Positions 8,316-20,082 of a stretch of 33,561 bases of DNA are shown here, one piece after another. The first letter of the stretch is position 1, and each line of letters opens with the position of its first letter. Source of the DNA: Thraustochytrium aureum (taxonomy: Eukaryota); NCBI GenBank assembly GCA_012862495.1, contig BLSG01000062.1, positions 7,875-41,435 of the forward strand. The letters are read 5' to 3'. Made by a program: the position numbers and the translations under genes. The notes under the pieces are model-generated. The model saw nothing but the letters and a program-made list of their open reading frames with translations, made no database searches and had not been told where the DNA came from.

Positions 8316-10152
8316 ATGGACCGCGCGAGCACCGCGTTCAAGCTCGCCGTGTGCGCAGCCGCCGCGCATTACAGCAGGGCCGCCACAACGACGGTAGACA
8401 AGGTGGCCGGCGCGCGAGCAACCCAGGAGATGATGCTTTGCGGCGCCAGCGGAGCCTCCACAGCTGCTGCGTTCCAGCCGAGGTGCGCCACGACCTCGCA
8501 GACGTTTGGCACGATCGAGTGGGAGGCGTGCTGCGCGTTCGAGGAGAGCCCGCTCCAGTCCGGCCTGTGCCGCGGCTTTGAGACCTCGGGTATGTACTGC
8601 GACCCCAGCTTCGAGGACTGCAATGACGTGCTCAGCGAGAAGGACACGATGACGCTCAACCTACAGTTCAACACCCTGCCTGAAGACCAGAGCTGCTGCA
8701 AGACCTGCGTGTGCTACGGGGACCCCGAGTGCGTCTCGTTCAACAACGTGGAGGATCTGTGGATCCCCTGCGACGCGCGCAAAGAGGGCGACTGCCGTAT
8801 GTTTAAGGACATTTGCGAAAACCTGACCGACCCGAATGGCAACGAGTGCCAATGGAACTCGAAAAGCGATAACAGCCGAGGCTACAACATCGGCATGAAC
8901 GGTAGCCCTTGCACCCCCGTCATGGACGCAGACAACGAGATCAGCATGAACATGTTTACGTCCGGCAACAAGGAATTCAAGCTCGACCTGATCCTCGGCG
9001 AGCGCGGCGTCATCATGGAGACGCGCTTCACGATTCGCGGCGAGACCTTCAACCTCAACGCGCAGACCTGCTTTGACCAAAGTGGCACCGACGCCTGGTC
9101 GACGTCTGAGGCCGTCCCCGACAGCTGGCACGTCGTCCGCGCGGACGGGGAGGAGGTTCTCTGGGAGATCTTTGACGCGCAGACGCACATTGCCGCCACG
9201 CTCCTGTGCGTTCGCGCTGTCAGCGGAGGGACTGCGGGCCTTCCGCGAATCAACGTCCAGGCTCTTTCTGCACAGCCCTCTGTCGCTGACGCGAGCAGCG
9301 GGTTCTGCTCGAGCGACCAGATTAGAGACAAAGTCGGCGACTACGACGCGAGCAACAAGCTTCACTTTGACTGCGTGCAGAGCGAGGCCAGCCCGCTCCA
9401 GGCCTGCAAGCACCTCGTCAGCATGGGGCTCGTCGACAACCAGCTCCCCGAGTGCGCGACCCAGTTCTGCGCCAAGGGCAACGTGGACACGGCGAGCTGC
9501 ATCAGGAGCCTCGGCAACGGCAACAACAACAACCGCTGGGCGAGCTGGTTTTGCGAGGCTGTCAAGAACAACGGCTTGATTACCAACACGCGCACTTGCG
9601 AGCGCGAGGTCCGCGCTCAGGGGTGGCCCTGGGCGGTCGAGACGTATGGCACTGGCCTGCGTGACGTCCTCTCCGCGAGCGGGTGCGGCTCCAGCCTCGA
9701 CGAGTACGACGTTGCCGAACAAGCAGGACTGCGATGACGGCATCAGCGTGGAGGTCCAGAACACGGATGGAAGTTGGGAGGCCGTCTTGTTCATCCCCAT
9801 CAACCACCCGCTCTGCGACAACAAGCTCACGGTCAACGCCAAGCAGTACCCGGCGCTATTTACACACCCGATCCGAGTGCGCCAGTGCGATGTGCGATCG
9901 GACGCCAAGTGCGACGCCGTGGGCACCTGCAGCAGCACCGTGGGCGCCTCGTTTTCCGTCACCTACGCAAGCTCGAGCCAAACACTGAACGACCTTCTCG
10001 AGTCTGGCGTCCTCCGCTGCGTGCCGCACCCAGAGACCGGCTCGACCACCTATTGCCTCCCTGGGGCCAGCGACTCGAGCGAGATCCCGGAGCTCTGCCC
10101 GTGCCCTCCGCAGGACGAGCGCCGCCAGCTCGAGCGGTCGCTTCGGACGTAG
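8316..10152 (+). CDS. Cysteine-rich, probably secreted protein with a VWD-like motif; one frameshift near 9715
   Basis: ORF 8316-9737 continues in the +1 frame (KQDCDDGISVEVQ...) to 10152. Ala-rich N-terminus, many Cys, and CVCYGDPECVSFN resembling the C-x-x-x-GDPH-x-x-TFD start of von Willebrand D domains. Confidence 0.7.
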
Positions 10153-10421
10153 GCATGCGCGTAAGTAAAACACAAACCACAATACTCTCTACCGCGTCTC
10201 ATCTTGACCGATCGCTCTTGCCGCGCGCGCTGGGGCTCGCGCGGCCTTGCAGGAAGACGGGCAGGCAGGCAGGGCAGGCTGGCCCATTTGCCGCGAGGAT
10301 GGCGGGTTGGCCAGGTGTGCGCTCTTGCTCGGCTTGAAGCAGTTCAGCCCGAGCTGGCCGCGCCGCACTGCTGCTGCAGAGGAGTACTGGCAATGCGCTG
10401 CGGATGAGCTCAGCATGCCTG

Positions 10422-10470
10422 TTGATTGATTGATTGATTGATTGATCCGAGGATGCTTGCTTGCTTGCTT
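10422..10470. repeat. (GATT)n followed by (GCTT)n microsatellites
   Basis: ttgattgattgattgattgattgat, then gcttgcttgcttgctt. Confidence 0.85.
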
Positions 10471-10860
10471 CTCCCAGCGTCAGGAGGAGAAAACCGGACT
10501 CGCCACGCGCCTTCGGGTTGGTCCCGCAGCCTCACAAGCACCTACCTCCTCGGCCAAACGCGGCAATTCGACGGCGCTTCGCCGCAAGAGGGACCTGCGC
10601 CGAGCGCGCCGTGGGCGAGCCGAAACGTGTCGCCGTACGCCCTCCGAGGCAGAGCACGGAGCGGTCAGCCTGGATGTGTCACCTGATGAAGGGCATGCGT
10701 GACGTGATGCAATCAGAAGATCAGTCCAGCCCGATCAATTCAGCACCGCGTCAATTCAGCATCATCGCGCAGAGCGCAACAGACTCGCATCTGTTCTGGC
10801 TCGAGGACGCTCGCGAAGAGCAATTAACCACGCCAAGCACGGGCTGCTGCAACGTGCGAG

Positions 10861-12760
10861 ATGAAGACCTGGAACGTGCCCGACGGTGCCAGCCAGGTGT
10901 ACGACTTTGTCGTCGTCGGCGGCGGCAGCGCCGGGGCCGCTGTCGCAGCGAGGCTCGCGGAGGACGAGCACGTCAGCGTCGCGCTGGTTGAAGCCGGCGG
11001 CGAGGCCGATGACATCAACGCCAAGGTGCCGCTGGCGTGCGGGAAAATGCAGCGGAGCGAGCACGACTGGCAGTTTTACGCGCAGGCCGACCCGGGCGTC
11101 TCGTGCCTCGGCATGGTCGACGGTCGGTCCTACTGGCCGCGAGGCAAGTGCCTCGGGGGCTCCTCTATCCTCAACTACATGGCATACGTGCGCGGCGACA
11201 AGAAGGACTTTGACAGCTGGGCCGGGGCAGGGGCCAAGGGCTGGTCCTACGACGACGTCCTTCCCATGTTCATGAGGGCAGAGGACCTGGCAAAGCCCTG
11301 CAATCCGGGCGACGCCCCCATCGAGCCACAGGTCCACGGCATTGGCGGCCCCGTCGGCGTGAGTGTGCACGGCCCCACCGACCCGATCGCAAACTCGTTC
11401 ATCCGCGGCGCCGAGCAGCTCGGGTTTGTGCGCGGCGACTACAATGCCGGGCACATGAACGGGGTCGTGAGCCTCTTCCAGCAGACCATCCGCCGCGGCG
11501 CTCGCAGCGACACTGGAACGGCCTACTTGAACGCGCCCCAAACCAAGCCCAACCTCACAATTGTCACGTTCGGCCACGCCACGCGGCTTATTCTTCAGCA
11601 CGACCAAACGACGGGGTCCATGCGCGTCGCAGGTGTCTCCGTCGCGGACACGCGCAAGGGGGTGGCTTCTGCGGGGCACACCTTCAACTTTTGGGCGCGT
11701 AAAGAGGTCGTGGTGTCCTGCGGCGCGATTGGGTCGCCCCAACTGTTCCTGCTCAGCGGCCTCGGGCCCAAGGAGGAGCTCGAGGCGGTTGGCGTGCCCT
11801 GCCTGCGCGACATGCCGCAAGTGGGCAAAAACCTGGAGGACCACCTCGCGTGCTTGATCAGCTACAAAGCGAGCAAAGCCGACATCGGCGCGTACAACAA
11901 CAAAAAGGCCGAGGGCATGCCCGGCGGGCTGTGGCAACTGTTCAACTGGGCAGTGTTTGGGTCCGGCTTGCTCAGCACGAGCGCCTACAACGCAACCTTG
12001 TTCTACACCTCGGACGAGGCACGCAGTGCTTCGCCTTACCAGGGCCCAGACTGCCAGATCGGCCTGTTTTGCTCTCCCGGCAACGCCGTTGTTTTCGAGA
12101 ACAACCTGCAGTTCAAGCCCGAGCTCAACTACCTCAAAGGCCACTACGAGGACGCCGACGAGGGCTTCATGCTCGTCCCGACGCTCTTGCACCCGCACGC
12201 GCGCGGGTCGGTGTCGCTGGAATCTGCGGACCCGTTCGCGCACCCAAAGCTCATCGCCAACTACCTCGTTGACGACCGCGACGTGCGCGCCATCGTCAAG
12301 CTGCTTCGCCGCAGCCTGGAGCTAGGCGAAACGCCCGCCATGAAAGAGGTGGCTGGTGAGCCCATTCTGCCCAAAGACCTCCTTGACCAGTTCGGAGGCG
12401 ACTACAAGTCGGATGGCTTCCTGGAGGCCTTTGCGCGGCGCTACGCGTCAACGCTCTACCACCCGACCTCGACCATGAAGATCGGCCTTGTCGTGGACGA
12501 GCGCCTGCGGGTCCCCGGCCTGCCTGGCGTGCGCGTCGCAGACGCCTCCGTCATGCCGTGCATCGTTAGCGGCAACACGAACGCGGCCTCAATCATGGTT
12601 GGAGAAAAAGTGCGCCGATATTCTCAAGGCGGATTACAAGCTTGAGACGCACCACGTGACGTCAGCGCCTGCTCCGCGGCCGCCCATTCTCGCGCCAGCC
12701 GTGGTCGTTGCCGGCATTGCCGTCACTTGCGGGTTCTTTGCCGTGCGGCCGCGCCTCTGA
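10861..12760 (+). CDS. GMC (glucose-methanol-choline) oxidoreductase with a C-terminal hydrophobic tail; frameshift in the A-run at 12605-12609
   Basis: YDFVVVGGGSAG FAD motif, PRGKCLGGSSILNYMAYVRG, GAIGSPQLFLLSGLG, VGKNLEDH, YHPTST and RVADASVMPCIVSGNTNAASIMVGEK. The frame-corrected end reads CADILKADY...AVVVAGIAVTCGFFAVRPRL*. Confidence 0.93.
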
Positions 12761-12817
12761 GCTCGTTGCCGGCATTCTTGCGGGTTCTTTGCCGTGCGGC
12801 CGCGCCTCTGAGCTCGT
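12705..12817 (+). repeat. ~50-58 bp tandem duplication spanning the GMC stop codon
   Basis: tcgttgccggcatt(gccgtca)cttgcgggttctttgccgtgcggccgcgcctctgagctcgt occurs twice; the second copy lacks 7 nt. Confidence 0.9.
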
Positions 12818-12993
12818 CCCAACGTCGTCGTCTTGATTGACAGAATAGAAACCAACAGACGCGCTCAAGTCGGCTGGCGAAACCAAACAAAGATAAAAAT
12901 GGAAAGGATCAGGTTCAATTGAGGCAAAAGCGCAGCTTGGCTCTGAGGCCGCACTTCCTTTCTCTCAAGATTAGCGCATGCGCGACTGGACGG

Positions 12994-15270
12994 CTACTTG
13001 TCAGCCGACGCCGACTCGTCTTCGTCCGCTACGCTGATGCCCAGTGAGGCAGCGAGGGACTGGCGCAAGTTTGCCGAGCGACCAAACGACATTTCAGCGC
13101 GGCGCAGGTCCGCCTCGTCGATGTTGAGGTCCTCGTTCGTGTAGCAACAGATGGCGTCCATGAGCTCTGCGAAGAGGACCGTTTTCTTGAACCGCTCAAA
13201 GTTGTCCCGCTTCATGAGGTTAAACGTCTCCATGTGGCACTGGTCGAAACACGTTGGCGACTCCTCGCCATCCAGCACGGCCTGCGACATGTTGGCAGAC
13301 ACGTTGATCGGCGTCTTCGAGTTGGGCCCGATGAATCGGCTCACTATTGAACGGTACGATTCCTGCCCCAGGCGAAAGTTGTTCACAGCCTCCCAAAAGT
13401 CCAGGTGCTCCACAGTAAACTCGTTCTCCAGATGCTGCCTGAACAGCTCGCGGCCGAGCGTGTGCTTGAGAACGTGCTTGAGCATGATCTCCTTCTCCCC
13501 GAGCACACGCATCTCAAACTCCGCAAGCAGCTCTGCAGAACCCTTGAAAAAGGTGTCAAACGCCTCCTTGGTCACCGCCAAAAGTACGACATCAGAGTGA
13601 GCCGCCACGGTGGCGAGGTGCGGACGCCCCGTGATCATCGAGATTTCTCCAAAGTATGCCCCTTGCGCAAGCCGCACTATGGCCTTGCCGTTCTTGATCA
13701 CGTTGACCAAGCCACCAATCACAATGTAAAACGTCTCGCACCACCCGCCCTCCTCCATGAGAACCGTGCCGGCGCCGTGCTGCTGCAGCTCGCAAAGGTT
13801 GGCGAGCTCCAGAAGCTTGTCCTTGGCGATTCCCGCGAAGAACGGGAGGCGAAAGGCGTAGAGCTTGCGGACCATGCGCTGGCGGGCCTCGAAATCGATG
13901 CTCTCTTGCACGGCAGGACTGAGCTTGAGAAAGTTTGCGAATTCGCTGCCCTTCATCTTGGCCAGCAGACATCGTTCGGTGGCGGTGACCGTGGCCGTCC
14001 GCGGCATGTTGACCATCATGCCCATTTCGCCAAAGTAGGAACCGTCTTCTATGGTGGCCAGATTGAGCATGTTGACGCTTTCGTTGACGAGGCTACTGCT
14101 TTTGCGAAGGAGGCGCATGCTCGGCTGCGGCCGCAGCACGGGTACATCGCGCTGCTTTTTCAGCATCGCATAGTCCCCTCCGACAATCAGCGAGCGCTTC
14201 GGCTCGTCCGCTGTGCGCTTCGCTTGACTGTTTGGCAAATCGTTCACCCCATCCGCTGCTTCGGCTTCTTCGCCTGAGCTGCCACTCTCGCCCTTGGCGC
14301 CCGCATCCACGTCTTTGGGTGCCGTGTTTGCAGCTTGGTCTGACTCGCTGTCGCCAGCCTCACTCGACTCACGCTCGCCTTCGNNNNNNNNNNNNNNNNN
14401 NNNNNNNNNNNNNNNNNNNNNNNNNNNNNNNNNNNNNNNNNNNNNNNNNNNNNNNNNNNNNNNNNNNNNNNNNNNNNNNNNNNNNNNNNNNNTGCGCGTC
14501 ACGGAGCGGGTCGCGGCGTGCGTTGCTTGTTTGTCCGGCGAGATTCGCGCTGTTACGTCGAGCTTGCCGCTGAGAACCAGGTAGAACGAGTCGTCCAATG
14601 CGCCCTCTTGCAGCACCACAGAGCCCGCTTCGTGTGTCTCGTACGTGAAAAGCTCCGCGAGCGAGCTCAGGCGCTGCTTGTCAAGGTTGCCGAGAAACGG
14701 GATCGGTTTCAGCATTTGCTTGATGTCGGTGTTCAGGACGCGCTGGATGGCGCTCGCGTCCTTTGCATTTTTCTCCAGGTACTTGCGCTTGCCATTGTCA
14801 TCGAGCTTGAGGATGATCGTGTCTCGCAGCGCGCGCACCGTCGTAAAGTCGAACGCGTTCACCACCTTTTGCGCGCTGCCCGCCACCCGTGGCTTTTTCA
14901 AAAACTGGCTCCCGCCAGTGCTCGTCGCCAGCTCGCGCCCAGCGCGCGTGAAAAAGTCGCCCGTCTTCTTCACAGCCAGCAGCTCGCTGACGTGACCATT
15001 CGGGTTTGTCTTGCTCTTGCCCGCTACCGACGCGGAGCTCTTGCGCGCAGACTGGCCGCGGGGGACCAGCGTGGACAGCGCGAGTTCGCCGTCGACGACA
15101 ACAACAAACGCGGCGGCCTGCAGAAAGTCCCCATCGCGGATGTGCTCGAGCTTGAAATACCCGGCCAGCTCCCTCAGCGCATTCTCGTCCTCCATGCTCG
15201 TAAAGAACGGCGTGCCTTTGAGCAGCCTCACCTTCTCCTCCAACTGCGACTTACTCGCACCGCCGCCCAT
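12994..15270 (-). CDS. Cyclic-nucleotide-binding domain + C-terminal RGS domain protein, putatively N-myristoylated
   Basis: MGGGASK N-terminus. cNMP motifs GSYFGEMGMMVNMPRTATVTA and GAYFGEISMITGRPHLATVAA, plus a degenerate N-terminal one. RGS motifs GRELFRQHLENEFTVEHLDFWEAV, FIGPNSKTPINV and MKRDNFERF. Contains an N gap. Confidence 0.88.
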   Translation of the reverse strand: MGGGASKSQLEEKVRLLKGTPFFTSMEDENALRELAGYFKLEHIRDGDFLQAAAFVVVVDGELALSTLVPRGQSARKSSASVAGKSKTNPNGHVSELLAVKKTGDFFTRAGRELATSTGGSQFLKKPRVAGSAQKVVNAFDFTTVRALRDTIILKLDDNGKRKYLEKNAKDASAIQRVLNTDIKQMLKPIPFLGNLDKQRLSSLAELFTYETHEAGSVVLQEGALDDSFYLVLSGKLDVTARISPDKQATHAATRSVTRXXXXXXXXXXXXXXXXXXXXXXXXXXXXXXXXXXXXXEGERESSEAGDSESDQAANTAPKDVDAGAKGESGSSGEEAEAADGVNDLPNSQAKRTADEPKRSLIVGGDYAMLKKQRDVPVLRPQPSMRLLRKSSSLVNESVNMLNLATIEDGSYFGEMGMMVNMPRTATVTATERCLLAKMKGSEFANFLKLSPAVQESIDFEARQRMVRKLYAFRLPFFAGIAKDKLLELANLCELQQHGAGTVLMEEGGWCETFYIVIGGLVNVIKNGKAIVRLAQGAYFGEISMITGRPHLATVAAHSDVVLLAVTKEAFDTFFKGSAELLAEFEMRVLGEKEIMLKHVLKHTLGRELFRQHLENEFTVEHLDFWEAVNNFRLGQESYRSIVSRFIGPNSKTPINVSANMSQAVLDGEESPTCFDQCHMETFNLMKRDNFERFKKTVLFAELMDAICCYTNEDLNIDEADLRRAEMSFGRSANLRQSLAASLGISVADEDESASADK

Positions 15271-15390
15271 CTTTCCAGCCGCGGCGTCCCGGAGCCGCGC
15301 CCGACGTCAGCGAGCACTGCCGCAGCGCTTTGGCCTTTCACGACCTGGAGCCACGCCTGCCTGCAGCAACTCAATCAATCAAACAATCCA

Positions 15391-15412
15391 ATCGATCGAT
15401 CGATCGATCGAT
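15391..15412. repeat. (ATCG)n self-complementary microsatellite
   Basis: atcgatcgatcgatcgatcgat, preceded by (TCAA)3. Confidence 0.85.
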
Positions 15413-16144
15413 TTCAGCTTCTCGCGGCCGCAATCCTCCTGCACGCCCGCCCGCACGCCCGCACGCACGCATGCACGCACGGCCCTCGCGCGCACGGCCC
15501 TCGCCTGCCGACCAATCGAGCCTTGCCAGACGAGACAACAAGGCACATATCGCAGAGTACCGTTGCGGGCGCGAGCAGAACAGACAACCCACGCGCGCAA
15601 AAACCACAGAATTCAGTTCAGGTAGAAGCCGCACCAGAGCAGAACAACCCAACGACCCTCGTGGACAGTGCGAGATTCGCCGGACCGCGGCGCTGCATGC
15701 TGCCTGCCCGCCGCCTCGAGCCGCCTCGAGCTTGCCCGCGCCACCGTTTTGTCTTTGTGCCCGCTGCGATGTGATGGATTTGTCCGTTGATCACCTGCAA
15801 GGGTTGCGGGAATTGCGGCGAAAGATTAGAAAGGGATGGCCGTCCTTTGGGCGTCGAGTTGGGGACCAGAGTCGCAGAGTGCACCTGCGGTACGCCCCCC
15901 AGCGAGAGATGCGTTGCGGATGCGGCGAGAAGCGGCGGCGACGGATTGGAAGTTGAGTGCGATGGAGCGGCGAGAGCGAGTCCTTCGCTTCGTTGCTTGG
16001 TTGGATTGGCAACCAATCTGCGGACCTGATGGCAATAAAAAATAAGTTGGTGGATCCGGATTCCTTTCTGCCTGCTTGCAAGCGCTCGCTCTCTGCGTGG
16101 AGCGCGCCGCGGCTCCCGGACTACGCTCTCCTATCTCTATAGCG

Positions 16145-19142
16145 CTAGACGCTCACTCCGAGCGGCCCTCGCGCTATCTGAAAGTGGACCGCCCCAGTCG
16201 CGAACGCCAGCACCTGGCGAGTTCCGATCACGGCCCCCGAAACACGATCGATCACCGCCCTAGTCACAGCCTCTGCGCCGGCGTCGCGATCGCAGGCCAC
16301 GTCCGCAACCGCGCTCGAGACGCCAAAGCCCACGGAAACAACAGGGACAAAGGGGTGGCCCAAAACCTGCCGCCGCTTGCCGGACCAAACCACAATGCAC
16401 AACGCGCCACTTGCCGCAAGTGCAGCGATGCGCTCACTCACATCTCGCGTCGCAGACTCCATGATGTAGAGCCCACCCCCCTTAGAGCGCAAGAGCGGCT
16501 CGCCGAAGCGAAGCGAGGGGCGCTGCGCTCCTGGCTGGCGCCCCGGCAGAGCGACAAGCCCGTCCTCCATCGCAATCGCGTCGCCGCCAGCTTGGAGAAC
16601 AGCGCGGGCCACCTGGCTCGCAGACTGCATGCTCGCCTCGAGCTGCGAAGGGCTCAGGCCCTCCGCCTCTATGTGCAGAGCGACCCGAAGGCGCCCCTCC
16701 ACGCAGCGCGTCGCTTGGCCGGCCGCCGCTGCTTGAACAAGGGCGACGCACTTGAGCAAAACCGCATCCACCCCGCCGTCCTGCTGAACGCTCGCGCGCA
16801 GAATGTGGTCAGCAGGAGCCGCCGAAGCGCTGATGACAGCCGCCATGCGGTCGTTGTGGTTGATCTCGCACCCGTGCTCAAGCAGCAAAGCCCGCGCGAC
16901 GAGCGGGTGCGCGATGTGCCCGATCAAAAGCCTGTCCAACATGGGGGCGCCCGCGTGCTCAGGGAGCTGCTCGCGATGGCCAAATTTGGGATCGCCGTAG
17001 TTTGACCCACAGCCCTCGGTGTGAGGGACAGCCACGAACGGCAAGGACCCTGCCGCACAGAGGCGCGCCGCCGCCAGTTTCGCTACTTGGCTCGAGCACA
17101 GGCTGGTTGGAAGGACGATGCCTACGCGCGGCTCGCCGCGCTCCGCAAACCGGGCCGCCTGCTCGAGCGACGCTGCGCCCGCCGCGGCTTCCCTCTCGCC
17201 TTCGTTTCCGTCGAGGCGGTACGGGCCCGCAAGCATGCCGCGCGCTGAAGAGCAGTACCCGTCCAGCGCTTCATAGCTCGTTTGGTGCCAGTCGCGCCAA
17301 ATCGACACCTGCGAGTGCCCGGCAGCCTCGCCAACGGTTTGCTGCCCAGAGGCCACCTTGACCGCAAGGCGAAAGAGCTCGTCGACGAGCTCGTCCATCG
17401 CGCAGCCAGCAGACACAAGCCGGCCCGCGTCAAAGTCCATGTCTGGCACACCTCGTCGCAAGCCGCACGTCAGACAGCCAGAAGCATGGAATGGGCAAAC
17501 GCAACCCCCAATGCAGCAGCGAGCTCCGCCCCACACCTCCCCCAAAACAGGCCACATACATACAGCACAAACCTACCTTTGCTCAAAAGCCGGAACCGCT
17601 CTGTGGTCGTGACGACCTTGACGGTCGGCACGAACGGAAAGTTGGTCACTGAACCGTTCCCAGTCGTGAAGAAGATTACGTTGCTCCCAGACGCCACCTG
17701 GCCTGCCACAGACTCCAGGTCGTTGCCCGGCGAATGCATAAACTTGTAGCCCCTCTGCTCCCGACCTGCTGCTGTACTTGCCAGCACGTCACCTGGCCAG
17801 GGCTCTCCGTAGTCGAGAACTTGGTCGAGCTGGACGTCCGCCGGTTTCTTGGTCGCTGCTCCAAGCGACTTAATCGCGATGTTGTACAGCCCGCGGTAGA
17901 GGTTGCCCCCAGACGGGTTGCCTTCTGCGGACACTGCGTGCCAAGCGAGCAATTCGGCAATGCGCCTCGTCATCTCCAAAAAGTCTCGCGCCACGCGCTC
18001 ATCGCGCACCCTGGCCAGGACGTAGGCCTCGGCCCCGATCAGCTCGTCGGTTTCTGCCAGGATCGCGGACCCGCCGCGGCGAACGAGCTCGCCAGCACTC
18101 GACCGACTAGCGGGTTGGCTGTAATCCCCGAAAACGCGTCGCTGCCGCCGCACTGCAGGGCGATACAAAGCTCGGCGACAGGCTGCGGCGTCCGCGCGCA
18201 GTTTTCCTCGGCGCACGCCGACGGCAGCAGCGCTTTGACGCACTTCTCGACCGCGAAGGCGACAGAGTCCGAAAAACTGCCCGCTTCGAGCTCGAGAAAC
18301 AAGTGCGGCGTCGCCGCAAGCCGTTCTCGCATAGCGTAATGCTTTGCGCCGAGGCCATTCCTCATGTAGTCTTCGAGCTCAAAGGCTCCAAGTGGGTCTC
18401 CAGGATGGGACAGCACGATCGCGCCGCCGACGTTTGGGTGCACGACGAATCCAGCCAGGGTCCGCGCGACGAGCGCCGCGTTGTTGCCGCCGCCCGTTTC
18501 GGTGTGCGCCACAGGGCAGACGACGTCAAAGCACTCTGCCTGAGGCATGCGCGCCAAGGTTTCGGCCACTGCCTCGGCTATGGCGGCGCAAGAGCTCGCG
18601 GTCCCGAGTACCACAAGGGCGTTGCGCGAGCCGACGCCTCGGTTGCCGCGGCGCATGTACCCGCCAAAAAAGCCTGGGAGATTTGGTTCAGGGCGGTCGC
18701 GAGGCGCGTGGCCCATGCCCAGCAGCATGCGCGACTCTCCCAAGCGGAACGTCTCGGAAAAGTCGGCAAAGTTGGGCTCGCTCGGAATGCCGAGCACCCC
18801 TCGTGCAAGCAGGGCAGAGCAGGTCTTTGCATTGCAGACGTACTCGCCCGGTGCGATTGCGCGCAGCGCCTTGCCGAAAGGCTGCTTCCAGCTCAAGAGT
18901 GCGTCGCCTCGCGCGATGTGGCGCACAGCAAACCTGTGGCCTTCCATGACGCGCCCAACCACGCGCACAGGCGGCTCGCCTGCTTCGCCTAACTTCACGA
19001 GCGCGCCGTGCAGCACGTCGCGCGTCGCAATCGCAACATTATCATCAGGGTGCGCCTTCAGTGCGACCTGGCCAAGCTCCACAGCCAGCCCAGCCTCGAG
19101 CCACTTATCCACCTCGTCGCCGCCGCTCTCCGCCCTGCCCAT
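16145..19142 (-). CDS. uxaA: UxaA/GarD family altronate/galactarate dehydratase, long form; one intron (17443-17576) and one frameshift (~18090)
   Basis: SAF domain HPDDNVAIA...[13 protein letters not shown], then [51 protein letters not shown] and [15 protein letters not shown]. Intron GTAGGT...CTGAC...CAG joins LLSK-D-MDFDAG. The start codon is uncertain because a gap lies upstream. Confidence 0.85.
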
Positions 19143-20082
19143 CCTCGCGCCCCGCGCGCACCAACCCTTGCGCAGTGCCAACCTNNNNNNNNNNNNNNNN
19201 NNNNNNNNNNNNNNNNNNNNNNNNNNNNNNNNNNNNNNNNNNNNNNNNNNNNNNNNNNNNNNNNNNNNNNNNNNNNNNNNNNNNNNNNNNNNNNNNNNNN
19301 NNNNNNNNNNCGAGCTTGCGCGCCACGAAGGCCACGCCCAGAGCCGCACAGGGCTGACGAGCAGCCTGGCCGTCGAAGCAGCGCCCGAGCGCTGGGAAGC
19401 GCGTCTCCGCTCGGCTGCTTCGGGCTCTGCCGCGCCGTTCACCACCGCCTTCGCGCACGACATGTTGCACGACAGCAAATCCGGCCGACTCGTCGAAACG
19501 CGCGCGCACCACGCACCACCGATCAACGCATGCTTCGTGGCGGGGCCAACAGCAACTCGACTTCGCTCAGCGCGTGGCCGGACTGTCGCGGACGTCTCGT
19601 GTGAACACCGCAGGGATGTCTGTCATCCGCCAGGGTTGCGCGTCAGTTATCTGGGCAAGGGCCTTTGCGGAGTAGATTTGGTTCGCATGTGGCTTCGGGG
19701 CCTCGTCAGGCTGGCAGGCGTACTCTCCAGCGAGCCGCCTCCGTGGCGTCCTTGATGGTGAAGCCTAAGCTCGGCAGGTTTTGGCAGCACCGTTTCGCTC
19801 ACCTTTTCGAGGTCGCGCCTCGCGTCTCTTGCGGCGCAGCGTTGCAGAGTACTCACTCAAAAACCACCCAACCACCCGAACCACATCGAGCACTTCAACG
19901 GATCTCTCTCGCGGGTCCGCGCGACGACATCGGTTCACAGGGTCGCGGCGCTGGCGGCACAGTGCCAGATCGTGCGCGACGAAAAAGGTCATTTGGCAGG
20001 GCTAATTCGTGATTTGTGCTGCCCAAATTGGACGCAAGCCGGTGGCGCGGTTGGTGCTGCAGCGCGAGAAAGGTTGGGGACG

